Origin: an uncultured Coprococcus sp.
GTDB lineage: Bacteria; Bacillota; Clostridia; Lachnospirales; Lachnospiraceae
Direction of reading: 5' to 3'
NCBI GenBank assembly: GCA_947632705.1
Contig: CANRQE010000006.1
Coordinates: 2,974-66,973 of the forward strand
Length of the DNA stretch: 64,000 bases
The position numbers and the translations under genes are program-made. The notes under the pieces were generated by a model that made no database searches, had not been told where the DNA came from, and saw only the letters and a program-made list of their open reading frames with translations. Position 1 is the stretch's first letter, and every line of letters starts with the position of its first letter. Below are positions 47,792 to 57,802 of this stretch, one piece after another.

Positions 47792-49321
47792 TCATAACAA
47801 AGGTGACAACAGTCTTAATACCGCATCAATCAGATTCAGCCGGGCAAGATGTTCCCCGCACCACTGCAGGGTGATTTCCTCCGACACCTCAAATGTATTC
47901 AGCATATCTCTCTTTATATCCATGACAGCCTTGGAATCATAGATCAGGGCACCACATTCAAAATGATGGTAAAAGCTCCTGTTATCCATATTGACCGACC
48001 CGACTGAAGCCAGACAATCATCTGTCAGCACACATTTGGAATGGATAAATCCCGGTGTATACTGATATATCCGTACGCCGCTTTTTAAAAGCTCTTTATA
48101 GGAAGACTGCGTCATTCGAAAGATCATCTTTTTATCAGGTATTCCCGGCGTCACAAGCCTGATATCCACCCCGCGTTTGGCCGCCAGCTTCATTGCCGTC
48201 ATCAGTTCATTATTTATGATCAGATACGGCGTAAAAATGTATATATATTTTTTCGCACCGAAAATCATCTGCAGATAAATATTCTCGCCCAGTACCTCCT
48301 TGGAAAGCGGACTGGTCCGATAAGGCTGGATATAACCGTCCTGAAGCTCCTGAAACTGTTCTTTGACCGCATATTTCTGATAGCTCGCTTCCGTAAATCT
48401 CGAGGAATTCCACATCTGTAAAAACATAACGGTAAAGCCCCATGCAGCATCCCCTTCAAACCGGACGCCGCTATCCTTCCAGGTCCCGTATAACTGAACC
48501 TGATTGATGTATTCATCCGCAAGGTTGAATCCGCCCGTATATGCAATGCAGCCGTCTACAACTGTAATTTTCCTATGATCCCGGTTATTAAATATCGTAG
48601 CAAAAAACGGTACGACCTGATTAAATGCAATACATTTGATTCCGCAGCTTTCGAGTTCCTTCCAATAGTATTTTTTTACATAAAATACAGAACCGATATC
48701 GTCATACATAACCCGGACATCAATTCCCTGTGCTGCCTTTTCCTTCAGAATCTCCAATATGGAATCCCACATTTTTCCCTGATTGATAATAAAATATTCC
48801 ATGAAGATATAATGCTTTGCCTGTTTTAAATCCTCTAACAGATCAGGAAGCACCTCTTCCCCCATGGCATAATATTTCACGGCAGTATTCCCGTAGACAG
48901 GCGCTTCCCCGCTTTTTTCAACATAGTAGGCCAATCCCGGTGATGGAATATCCTGTAATTGCTCCGTGGAACAAATACGGTTTCCGTATACATCCTCGTA
49001 AACCTCCTGCTCCTTCACGCGAAGAATATTCTTACGCAGTTTTACCGGTACAAAAACATGCCCGTAAAAGATATACATCAATCCGCCCAAAACCGGAAAC
49101 ATCAGAATCGGCACGATCCACGCCAGCTTGATTGCAGGATTTGTATCCTTGGTGATCAGATACGCAACCACCAGAAAGCTCAATATCGCCAAGCCTCCCG
49201 AAATATAAATATAATAAGAATGCAGCTGCCAGATACCTGCAAATAAAACAAAGAGCTGTAACGCAACAAGAAGGCAGGTAATGACCATCCGGCTGAATAC
49301 TTTATTTAGAATCTTTTTCAT
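47792..49321 (-). CDS. cls: Cardiolipin synthase
   Basis: N-terminal TMs and two HKD motifs (HRKITVVD, HSKCVLTD). Confidence 0.9.
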   Translation of the reverse strand: MKKILNKVFSRMVITCLLVALQLFVLFAGIWQLHSYYIYISGGLAILSFLVVAYLITKDTNPAIKLAWIVPILMFPVLGGLMYIFYGHVFVPVKLRKNILRVKEQEVYEDVYGNRICSTEQLQDIPSPGLAYYVEKSGEAPVYGNTAVKYYAMGEEVLPDLLEDLKQAKHYIFMEYFIINQGKMWDSILEILKEKAAQGIDVRVMYDDIGSVFYVKKYYWKELESCGIKCIAFNQVVPFFATIFNNRDHRKITVVDGCIAYTGGFNLADEYINQVQLYGTWKDSGVRFEGDAAWGFTVMFLQMWNSSRFTEASYQKYAVKEQFQELQDGYIQPYRTSPLSKEVLGENIYLQMIFGAKKYIYIFTPYLIINNELMTAMKLAAKRGVDIRLVTPGIPDKKMIFRMTQSSYKELLKSGVRIYQYTPGFIHSKCVLTDDCLASVGSVNMDNRSFYHHFECGALIYDSKAVMDIKRDMLNTFEVSEEITLQWCGEHLARLNLIDAVLRLLSPLL

Positions 49322-49362
49322 GATACTTCCTGCCTCCCTTTTGTCCGTGCTGCCACAACCGG

Positions 49363-52038
49363 CTACTCAATGGATACTACTTCGTAATCCTGCTCCTCCA
49401 CAGCCTGCTTCAATACTGCGTCCGCAACGTCTGCATCTAAGGTTACGATTGCCGTACCCTTTTCATGACTGACGACAGCCTCTGTTACCTGGGGCAGCTT
49501 TTCCAGACTCTTCTTTACTCTTGCCTCACAATGTTCACACATCATTCCCTGAATATGCATTACTTTTTCCATTTTCTTCTCCTTTCCGGTTTCAATACCG
49601 GTTTCATTTTGACTGATATTAATCTCTGCTTTCTCTTTATTGACTCCAAGCATTTTACCTGATTGTTTCTGACGGGAAGTCTGTTTGATTGTTACCCTGT
49701 ATTTCTTTGTTTTATCATAAATATTCACAAGATTCAACCTTAATGCGTTACTTACTACACAAAAACTGGACATACTCATTGCAAATGCACCAAACATCGG
49801 ATTCAATGTCCATCCGAAAACAGGATACCACACGCCTGCCGCCAGAGGAATTCCGATCACATTATAGATAAATGCCCAAAACAGATTTTCTTTGATGTTT
49901 CTGGTGGTCGCCATACTTAACCGCAGAGCAGCAGGTACATTACGCAGTCCCGCCTTCATCAGAACCACATCCGCGGCATCGACAGCAATGTCCGTCCCGG
50001 TTCCGATTGCAATACCGATATCTGCTCTTGTTAATGCAGGCGCATCATTGATTCCGTCTCCTACCATAATAACCTTATGGTTCTTCTTTAGTTCTTTGAT
50101 CACAGCCTCCTTTCCGTCCGGTAAAACTCCTGCAATGACCCGGTCAACTCCCGCCTGTCTGCCGATTGCCTCCGCAGTCTTCTGATTGTCTCCGGTTAAC
50201 ATAACTACTGATATTCCCATATCCTTCATTTCCCGGACGGCTTCTGCGCTGTCCTCTTTGATCACGTCTGCAACCGCAAAGATTCCGACCAGCGTCCCTG
50301 TTTTGACGTTTGCTGCAGCTTCCGGTTTCTTTATCTCCTTTTCATTCAGGCAAACGAAATACAAAGGTGTTTTTCCTTCCTCGGAAAATTGATCCGCCAT
50401 CTCCTTTTGCCCGCTTGTAATATCTATATATTGGTTTACATAATTATAGTTTCCGCCAATCATTTTTCTGCCGTTCACAACGCCCTGCAAACCGTTTCCC
50501 GGATAGATCTGAAAGTCTTCCACTCCATATGGGACAATCCCAATCTCCGCACCCTTTTGCATAACCGCTTTTGCTAACGGATGCTCACTGTATTGTTCCA
50601 GAGAGCAGATCAGTCTGACTGCCTCCTCCTCTGTAAATTCCGGTCCGCAGATTACGTCTGTTACCTGCGGTTTCCCATGCGTAATGGTTCCTGTCTTGTC
50701 AAGCACCACCATATCCGCCTTGCCGGTCTGCTCCAATGCGGCTGCCGTTTTAAACAGAATCCCCTGTTTTGCACCGACTCCGTTTCCTACCATAATGGCG
50801 ACAGGTGTGGCAAGCCCCAATGCACAGGGGCAGCTGATGACCAGAACGGATATGCCTCTTGCCAAAACGAACCCTGCGCTCTCTCCTACAGCAATCCATA
50901 CCAGAATCGTAAGCAGGGCAAGCAGAATGACTACAGGCACAAAGATTCCCGATACCTGATCTGCAATTTTTGCAATCGGCGCTTTTGTTGCCGCAGCATC
51001 ACTGACCATATGGATAATCTGTGCCAGAGTCGTATCTTCCCCTACATGTGTCGCCTCACACTTCATATAGCCGGACAGATTGATGGTTGCAGCAGACACG
51101 CTATGTCCCGGTTCCTTATCTACCGGAATACTCTCGCCGGACAAAGCCGATTCGTTCACGGCACTGTTTCCGTCTATGACAATTCCATCTACCGGAATAC
51201 TCTCGCCGGGACGCACAACAAAGATATCTCCGACTATGACGTCCGCGGCGGCAACCGTTTCCTCCTTCCCGTCTCTGATTACAACCGCCGTCTTCGGAGC
51301 CAGCTTCATCAGTCCCTTTAAAGCATCTGTCGTTTTTCCCTTCGAATATGTCTCCAGTGTCTTTCCGACTGTGATAAGCGTTAAGATCATGGCAGCAGAT
51401 TCAAAATATAAATCATGCAGACAATGCATAGCCATTTCATCGTTATGGCGTACGACTGCATCCGTCATAACGAACAAAACATATACGCTGTAAATAAAAG
51501 ACGCCCCGGAACCTAACGCCACCAAGGTATCCATATTGGGTGCCCGGTGCAGCATTCCTTTTGCACCGCTTATGAAAAATTTTTGATTCACGACCATGAT
51601 CATTACCGTAAACAAAAGTTCCGCCAAGCCCAGGGCAACAGGATTATCCGCCAGTTTCTGCGGCACAGGCCAGTTCCACATCATATGACCCATGGACAGA
51701 TACATCAGGGGAAGCAGCAGTATTAACGAAACCGTCAGTCTACGTTTCATGCTGCGAAGCTCCCGTTTTTCCACATCCGTACCTTCTCCCTCCGTCCGAA
51801 CAACATTCTGCACGGAAGCAGCTCCGGCCGCTGTATGTGCCCCTGCTTTTTCAGCACCGTACCCGGCCTCCTCCACTGCGGCAATCACAGCTTCCGGTGA
51901 TGCAGATCCCTCCACCATCATCGTGTTCGTCAGCAGACTGACGGAACAGCTGCTTACGCCCACTACCTGACTGACAGCCTTTTCTATACGACTACTGCAG
52001 GCGCTGCAGGACATACCTGTGACTGTATATTGATCCAT
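49363..52038 (-). CDS. copA: Copper-translocating P1B-type ATPase with N- and C-terminal HMA domains
   Basis: GMSCSAC, CPC, DKTGT, SEHP, GDGINDAP, YN...M motifs, C-terminal GMMCEHC. Start moved to 52038, after AAGGAG. Confidence 0.93.
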   Translation of the reverse strand: MDQYTVTGMSCSACSSRIEKAVSQVVGVSSCSVSLLTNTMMVEGSASPEAVIAAVEEAGYGAEKAGAHTAAGAASVQNVVRTEGEGTDVEKRELRSMKRRLTVSLILLLPLMYLSMGHMMWNWPVPQKLADNPVALGLAELLFTVMIMVVNQKFFISGAKGMLHRAPNMDTLVALGSGASFIYSVYVLFVMTDAVVRHNDEMAMHCLHDLYFESAAMILTLITVGKTLETYSKGKTTDALKGLMKLAPKTAVVIRDGKEETVAAADVIVGDIFVVRPGESIPVDGIVIDGNSAVNESALSGESIPVDKEPGHSVSAATINLSGYMKCEATHVGEDTTLAQIIHMVSDAAATKAPIAKIADQVSGIFVPVVILLALLTILVWIAVGESAGFVLARGISVLVISCPCALGLATPVAIMVGNGVGAKQGILFKTAAALEQTGKADMVVLDKTGTITHGKPQVTDVICGPEFTEEEAVRLICSLEQYSEHPLAKAVMQKGAEIGIVPYGVEDFQIYPGNGLQGVVNGRKMIGGNYNYVNQYIDITSGQKEMADQFSEEGKTPLYFVCLNEKEIKKPEAAANVKTGTLVGIFAVADVIKEDSAEAVREMKDMGISVVMLTGDNQKTAEAIGRQAGVDRVIAGVLPDGKEAVIKELKKNHKVIMVGDGINDAPALTRADIGIAIGTGTDIAVDAADVVLMKAGLRNVPAALRLSMATTRNIKENLFWAFIYNVIGIPLAAGVWYPVFGWTLNPMFGAFAMSMSSFCVVSNALRLNLVNIYDKTKKYRVTIKQTSRQKQSGKMLGVNKEKAEINISQNETGIETGKEKKMEKVMHIQGMMCEHCEARVKKSLEKLPQVTEAVVSHEKGTAIVTLDADVADAVLKQAVEEQDYEVVSIE

Positions 52039-52079
52039 AGAACCATCTCCTTCCATTTCTTACCTGACTGCCATAAACT

Positions 52080-52379
52080 CTATTTCATCAGCTTCTGCAT
52101 TGTCTGTACCAGATCCTCTATGGTTTCGTCCTTTCCCGCACGGATATCATCCACAACACAGGTTCTGATATGCTCGGCTAACAACTCCCTGTTAAAGCTG
52201 TTCAATGCAGCATGAATTGCAGAAACCTGAATCAGAATATCCGTACAATAAGCATTCTTTTCGAGCATTCCTTTTATACCCCGGATCTGACCCTCAATCC
52301 GGTTCAGACGATGCATCAGCTTCTTATATTCGGTTTCTGCCCGTTTTTTCTTCCTGCAGCCACATGTTAATTCATCCAT
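52080..52379 (-). CDS. csoR: CsoR-family metal-sensing repressor
   Basis: RLNRIEGQIRGI, C-DILIQ, H---C ligands. Directly upstream of copA. Confidence 0.92.
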   Translation of the reverse strand: MDELTCGCRKKKRAETEYKKLMHRLNRIEGQIRGIKGMLEKNAYCTDILIQVSAIHAALNSFNRELLAEHIRTCVVDDIRAGKDETIEDLVQTMQKLMK

Positions 52380-52439
52380 ATTTTAACCCTCTCTTCCTGT
52401 TTTAACCCATCATACGAAATATCCTTCGTATGCGTTTAC

Positions 52440-52468
52440 ATTGTATACCCCACCGGGGTATATGTCAA
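52440..52468 (-). promoter_or_regulatory. csoR-copA promoter with CsoR operator in the spacer
   Basis: TTGACA-N17-TACAAT overlapping the perfect palindrome TATACCCC-ACC-GGGGTATA (52444-52462), which matches the G/C-tract CsoR operator style. Confidence 0.85.
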
Positions 52469-52473
52469 GGCAT

Positions 52474-52513
52474 AAAAAAACCTGTCCCGCTTAAAAAAGC
52501 AAAACAGGTTTTT
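52474..52513 (-). terminator. Terminator after the HD gene, upstream of the csoR promoter
   Basis: AAAAACCTGT...ACAGGTTTTT hairpin with a T tract. Confidence 0.65.
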
Positions 52514-52525
52514 GTCTGGTTCCAA

Positions 52526-53053
52526 CTATGATACCGATTGCATCTTCGACGATATCCGTGCCGCATATCCCGGCGCTTTCCGCTCCCGATGTAGTGCCAG
52601 CTCTTTAAATGCACAAACTTTATCCGCAAAGCATACCAACACGGCCTCTCTCGATTTCGGCAATTTGGTAATTGTAAGCGGCCACATATGGCTTGCTATA
52701 ATATTTCCAACCTTATCCGTAATCTCAAAACAGGTTTTTGCGTTTTCCAACGCACTGGCCGGATGATGGGTCAAATGTTCATATCCTCCGATTGCATCCT
52801 GTTCCCGATAGTTATACAGATAAAAATCGTGCAGTAAAGCGCCCATTGCAAGACTTTTCTCATCAATTCTGATATGCAGTCTCCTTGCCAGAAAATAACT
52901 GCATTCTGCAACATTCAGACAATGGGTATAGGTAGTCGTTACCTTATGATGGCTGAGCTTTTTCATCTGTTTTACCTTTGCATTCTCCGATATCTGAAGA
53001 ACGGTCTGATGAAAAACAGAGGTGCTGTCAATCATATGCTCATTTTTTTTCAT
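52526..53053 (-). CDS. Small HD(IG)-domain phosphohydrolase
   Basis: HH...HC...LLHDFY...HP...SHMWP...AD motif pattern. Confidence 0.8.
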   Translation of the reverse strand: MKKNEHMIDSTSVFHQTVLQISENAKVKQMKKLSHHKVTTTYTHCLNVAECSYFLARRLHIRIDEKSLAMGALLHDFYLYNYREQDAIGGYEHLTHHPASALENAKTCFEITDKVGNIIASHMWPLTITKLPKSREAVLVCFADKVCAFKELALHRERKAPGYAARISSKMQSVS

Positions 53054-53185
53054 GAATCTCTTTCCTCATTTTCCGGTTTTGATGCTGTATTCTTACATTC
53101 TTACTATAACGGAACTGCATCGGAATTTTCAAGGTTTTTTTATTGGCAATTTTCTGCCAATTTTTTCCTTTTTTCTCTGACAGCC

Positions 53186-54601
53186 TTAACCGACTGTTCC
53201 ATACTCATATTCCTGATAACCACCCATGCTCTTTGCCTGTTCCAGCAGGTCTATCACTGTTCCATCCATTGCATTGAGGATAACCAGCTGTCTTGGATAA
53301 GCAGATTCATCCGAATCAACATATTCTTCATACTGGGAGAATACCCATACCGGTATATATTTATAGGAATTTTCTTTTCCTTCATCAACTACCGGATAAT
53401 AACTCAGACGCACATCATTAAAATCAATCTTTTTATAGTTCGTCGGATATTTTTCATAATATGCCGGTATATTTTCATTGGCGGCCTCAAGCATCTCATC
53501 CCAGGTCATCAGATCCACATTTGTTTCTTCCTCTCCCGTAGCAGTATACAGGATTGTCCAATAGGCTTCCAACACTCCATTATCATCCACATATACGGAA
53601 AAGGTTTCAGAAGGCATGTTAATCCATGCATCATCCATATTAAGATTATCGACATTGTAAACCTGTCCCTGATATGCGGGCGTACCATTGATGCCTCTGT
53701 TATAATGTATCACATAACCGTCATATTCCGTCGCAATGTCCTCTCCTGAATTACCATCATAATAATCCCACTCCAGAACATGAGTCTCTGCCTGCACCAT
53801 ATCGGTCACTCCGCACCTGCTCAGGAACTCATCTGCCACGCCGCAGGCTTCCTCCTCCGTCATCTGACAATAATTATTTTCAGTAAAATCTTTTGTGAGA
53901 GGTCCATCATAACAGTATCCGTTGGTTGCACCTTCATATGGCCTGTACTGAAATTCATCCATCGGCATCAGATTTGCCGTCATTCCCGGAGCATCTATTT
54001 CCTCATTCACATATATGCTTACACTGTATTCCCGGCCATCCATCATACCGATAAAATCGCTGCCGGAATAGTCTCCGGCTGCCGGATATTCATCCGGAGC
54101 ATCCTGCAGTTCTTCCTCTAACTGTGCAATATAGGAATCATACCACGGATCTGTATAACCCTGTTCTGCCATGTTGGCCTGATCCTGTTTGATGCTTTCT
54201 ATTTCTGCTTCAATTTCACTTTTAATACGATGCTCATAATCCCGCTCGTAAATCCCCTGTCCTTTATCTAAGAAGGATTCCACCAGCTGCTGCTTATATG
54301 CATTATCAATCTGAATCTGCTCATAATATCCGACAGACATACCGTCAGAACTCGGAATCCCTACCTCATCGTCTGTCAGATTAATACTCTGCAGTCCCGA
54401 CGATCCGGTATTGATACTGACATCACAGGATTCCGGTATTCCAAGTCTTCCTGCAAGACCGCCCTCCGTACTGCTGCCGTTTCCAGATGGGTTGTCTCCC
54501 ATATTGTAATCCACTTCTTTTTTTCCACAGCCCGAGGTCAGCATCAGAACTGACATTGTTCCTGCAAGCATCCATGCCGTTATTTTTTTTCTTGATATCA
54601 T
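53186..54601 (-). CDS. Acidic lipoprotein of unknown function, tandem paralog A
   Basis: Signal peptide ending LTSGC, then GKKEVDY. D/E/Y-rich. C-terminal YIPVWVF...ILNAMDGTVI. Confidence 0.75.
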   Translation of the reverse strand: MISRKKITAWMLAGTMSVLMLTSGCGKKEVDYNMGDNPSGNGSSTEGGLAGRLGIPESCDVSINTGSSGLQSINLTDDEVGIPSSDGMSVGYYEQIQIDNAYKQQLVESFLDKGQGIYERDYEHRIKSEIEAEIESIKQDQANMAEQGYTDPWYDSYIAQLEEELQDAPDEYPAAGDYSGSDFIGMMDGREYSVSIYVNEEIDAPGMTANLMPMDEFQYRPYEGATNGYCYDGPLTKDFTENNYCQMTEEEACGVADEFLSRCGVTDMVQAETHVLEWDYYDGNSGEDIATEYDGYVIHYNRGINGTPAYQGQVYNVDNLNMDDAWINMPSETFSVYVDDNGVLEAYWTILYTATGEEETNVDLMTWDEMLEAANENIPAYYEKYPTNYKKIDFNDVRLSYYPVVDEGKENSYKYIPVWVFSQYEEYVDSDESAYPRQLVILNAMDGTVIDLLEQAKSMGGYQEYEYGTVG

Positions 54602-54665
54602 TTTTCTCTCCCTTTCATTTTACTTTTTCACATTATGTTATTTCACAGGCGTTTGAGCCATAAAA

Positions 54666-56096
54666 TCAACCGGAAACTGTTGATTCAAAATAAACATCAC
54701 TATCATCATATTCTTCATACAATCCCATTTTCTTTGCTTCATCAATCAAATCTATAATGGTTCCGTCCATTGCATTGACAATCAAAAGCTGTGACGGACA
54801 TTTTGACTCATCTGAATCGATCAGCTCCACATATTCTGAAAACACCCACACCGGTATAAATTTATAGGAGTGCCCTTTGTCCTCATCGACAACCGGATAA
54901 TAACTCAGGCGCACATCATTAAATTTAATCTTTTTGAAATTCGACGGATACTTTTCATAATACGCCGCTATGTTTGCATTTACAGCCTCAATCATCTCAT
55001 CCCAGGACATGAGTTCTGCATTCGTTTCCTCTTCTCCGGCGGCTTCAAACAAAGCTGTCCAATATGCCAAAAATACACCGTTGTCATTTACATATATGGA
55101 AAACGTTTCTAACGGCATATTAATCCATGCATCCTCCATGATAAGAAAATCCAAATCGTAGATTTCGGCCTGATATACCGGTGTGTTATTTACTGCTCTG
55201 CTGAATTCTATAAAATAGCCGTCGTATTCCGTTGCCAGCATTTCACTGTAATCCTGATTAAAATACTCCCATTCTACAACGCTGACTGCTGACAGAACCA
55301 TATCCGTAATGCCAAACCGGTTCAAAAAATCTCCCGCTACATCACAGGCCTCTTCCTGCGTAATCTGACAAAGATTATTTTCCGTAAAATCCTCTGCAGA
55401 CGGCCCGTTCACAAAAACAACGTGATCCGCACCTTCATATGGCCTGTATCCGGATACATCCTCCAGTCTCAAGGCGGCAGAAATACCAAAGCCTGCCTCT
55501 CCTTCGTCTATCTCAAACTCGTATTCCCGTCCATCCATCATACCGATAAAGCTGCTTCCCGAATAGTCTCCTGCAGCCGGATATTCATCCGGAGCGGTCT
55601 GTAATTCTGTTTCGAGTTCAGCAATATATTCATCATACCACGAATCTGTATACCCCTGTTCTGCCATGTTGGCCTGATTCTGTTTGACACTTTCTATTTC
55701 TGCCTCAATTTCGCTTTTGATACGATGCTCAGCATCCCGTTCGTATATTCCCTGCTCCTTATCTAAAAAGGTTTCCACCAGCTGCTGCTTATAGGCGTTA
55801 TCAATCTGAAGCTGCTCATAATAACATACGGACATCCCGTCGGTATTCGGGATCTCAATCGCATCATCTGCTGCAGTAATACTCTGAAGCCCTGACGATC
55901 CGGTATCAAAGCTGACATCACAGGATTCCGGTATCCCAAGTCTTCCTGCAAGACCGCCTTCCGTACTGCCTTGTTTGTCTCCCTGATTGTCATTCAGATT
56001 ATAATCTATCTCTTTCTTCCCACAGCCGGAAACAAAGGTGCCCAACAGCATAGCTCCTGTCAGCATCAAGGCAGCTGATCTTTTATCTATCTGCAT
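54666..56096 (-). CDS. Acidic lipoprotein of unknown function, tandem paralog B
   Basis: Lipobox FVSGC-GKKEIDY, highly similar to paralog A. Start moved to 56096, after GAGGT. Confidence 0.75.
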   Translation of the reverse strand: MQIDKRSAALMLTGAMLLGTFVSGCGKKEIDYNLNDNQGDKQGSTEGGLAGRLGIPESCDVSFDTGSSGLQSITAADDAIEIPNTDGMSVCYYEQLQIDNAYKQQLVETFLDKEQGIYERDAEHRIKSEIEAEIESVKQNQANMAEQGYTDSWYDEYIAELETELQTAPDEYPAAGDYSGSSFIGMMDGREYEFEIDEGEAGFGISAALRLEDVSGYRPYEGADHVVFVNGPSAEDFTENNLCQITQEEACDVAGDFLNRFGITDMVLSAVSVVEWEYFNQDYSEMLATEYDGYFIEFSRAVNNTPVYQAEIYDLDFLIMEDAWINMPLETFSIYVNDNGVFLAYWTALFEAAGEEETNAELMSWDEMIEAVNANIAAYYEKYPSNFKKIKFNDVRLSYYPVVDEDKGHSYKFIPVWVFSEYVELIDSDESKCPSQLLIVNAMDGTIIDLIDEAKKMGLYEEYDDSDVYFESTVSG

Positions 56097-56239
56097 CACA
56101 TTTACCTCTTCATCATTGTCTTTCTCTGATATCATCGTCTTATGACAGTCTGCCATTTCGGTAATATCATAGCATATCCCGGCATCTAAAGTGCATATTT
56201 TTTCTTAATATTTCTTAACAAAGCCGTTACAGATGCTTT

Positions 56240-57682
56240 CTACTCAACAAACATATCATCATCCAGTCCTTCATCATAAAAATTGTCTCCTGCTCCGGTT
56301 CCGTTCTGATTCATCATCTCCGGCAGATCGATCACATCACCGGTAACTGCATTGATCATAACGACCTGGGTCGGACTGTCATCATTATATTCCCCTTCAT
56401 ATTCTTCAATCTGTGCAAATACCCATACAGGTATATACTGATAGGTATCCTCTTCTTCATCCTTCACCAGATAATAGGTCAATCTGATATCGTTGAAACT
56501 CAAAGCGTTAAAAGAAGTCGGATATTTTATATAATAATTCGGAATGGCAGTATCGGCAATCTCCAGAATCTCATCCCAGCTTAGTAAATCCACGTTGTTT
56601 TCCGTTTCCTCCGGAGGCAGCAGAAGATCAAAACAATCAGCGGCAAAGATTCCGTTATCATCCAGATATACGGAATAGGTTTCATAGGAAGGGCCTCCGA
56701 CAAAGAAGGTGTCTCCGGACTGCAGATTGTCCACCATGAAAAAGTACGCCTGATATGGTGCACATCCGTTGACAGCACGGGTAAAGGTAACCAGATAACC
56801 ATCCAGTTCACTGGCAATTGTATTTAACGAGGCATCCGTATAATCCCATAATAAATCCGTGACCGAATCCAGAACCACATCCTGAATACCACAGTCATTC
56901 AAAAAATCTTCGGCAATCTCAGCTGCTTCTTCTGCAGACCAGCTGCACCGGTTCTCCTGCCCGTCCTCGTTGAGGCTGGTATAGTAAAACGCCTGGGTCG
57001 CACCTGCATAAGGGCGGTACAGAATCTGACTTTCATACGGATGTATGGAAAAAGAAAAATAACTGGACAATCCGTTCTCACTCGGTGAAAAGCTCAGTCT
57101 GAACTGTGTGCTTCCGATCTTGCCAACATAATCCAGGGCAGACCAGTCTCCCGGTCCTTCCCGCTCTTCTACCGCATCATCATACTGTGTCTGAAGCTCT
57201 TCCAGGTACTGCTCATACCAGGATGCGTTTGCCGTATCCCCGATGTCATTTGCATTATCCAGAAGCATCTGGTAAATCTGCATTTGTACTTCCACATCCT
57301 GCTTATAGCTGACATCCCAGTCATATCTGTAGATTCCGCCGGAACGGTCAAATATCGTTTCTGCTACTGTCTGTCTGTATCCGGCATCCATCAGATTCTT
57401 TTTTGCATGCACAATACTCATCCCGTCCGTAGACGGAACCTGTATATCTTCATCCTGGATCGTAATCTTACTCAGGCCGGATTCTCCTACAGGGATCTCT
57501 CCCTCATAAGATTTCGGAATCCCAAGTCTTGCCGAAAGATCCCCCTCGGTATTTCCACCTGATTCATCGCTTTCCCCAAATTCATAATCTACCGTTTTTT
57601 TTCCGCATCCTGACAATGCCATAGACGCAGAAAGCGTAAAAATAAGCAGGAATACTGCCATCGCTCTTCTTTGTTTTTTCAT
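56240..57682 (-). CDS. Acidic lipoprotein of unknown function, tandem paralog C (more diverged)
   Basis: Lipobox ALSGC-GKKTVDY. Shares RLGIP, YRPY-GA and YIPVWVF...INA-G-VI motifs with A and B. Confidence 0.75.
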   Translation of the reverse strand: MKKQRRAMAVFLLIFTLSASMALSGCGKKTVDYEFGESDESGGNTEGDLSARLGIPKSYEGEIPVGESGLSKITIQDEDIQVPSTDGMSIVHAKKNLMDAGYRQTVAETIFDRSGGIYRYDWDVSYKQDVEVQMQIYQMLLDNANDIGDTANASWYEQYLEELQTQYDDAVEEREGPGDWSALDYVGKIGSTQFRLSFSPSENGLSSYFSFSIHPYESQILYRPYAGATQAFYYTSLNEDGQENRCSWSAEEAAEIAEDFLNDCGIQDVVLDSVTDLLWDYTDASLNTIASELDGYLVTFTRAVNGCAPYQAYFFMVDNLQSGDTFFVGGPSYETYSVYLDDNGIFAADCFDLLLPPEETENNVDLLSWDEILEIADTAIPNYYIKYPTSFNALSFNDIRLTYYLVKDEEEDTYQYIPVWVFAQIEEYEGEYNDDSPTQVVMINAVTGDVIDLPEMMNQNGTGAGDNFYDEGLDDDMFVE

Positions 57683-57802
57683 ACCTGACTCCCAAATCCC
57701 TGATGTTAGACTGTACCGTCCGTACGACGTTTTTTATTATAAGACATATTTTATACCATTCTGCCGTAAAATACCAGCACAACGGAAAAAAACTGCCCGC
57801 AT

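Noticed and set aside
52411-52432. 8-bp inverted repeat CATACGAA-N6-TTCGTATG in the csoR leader
   Set aside because: It is short and unlike the CsoR operator, so it is probably an ordinary leader hairpin.
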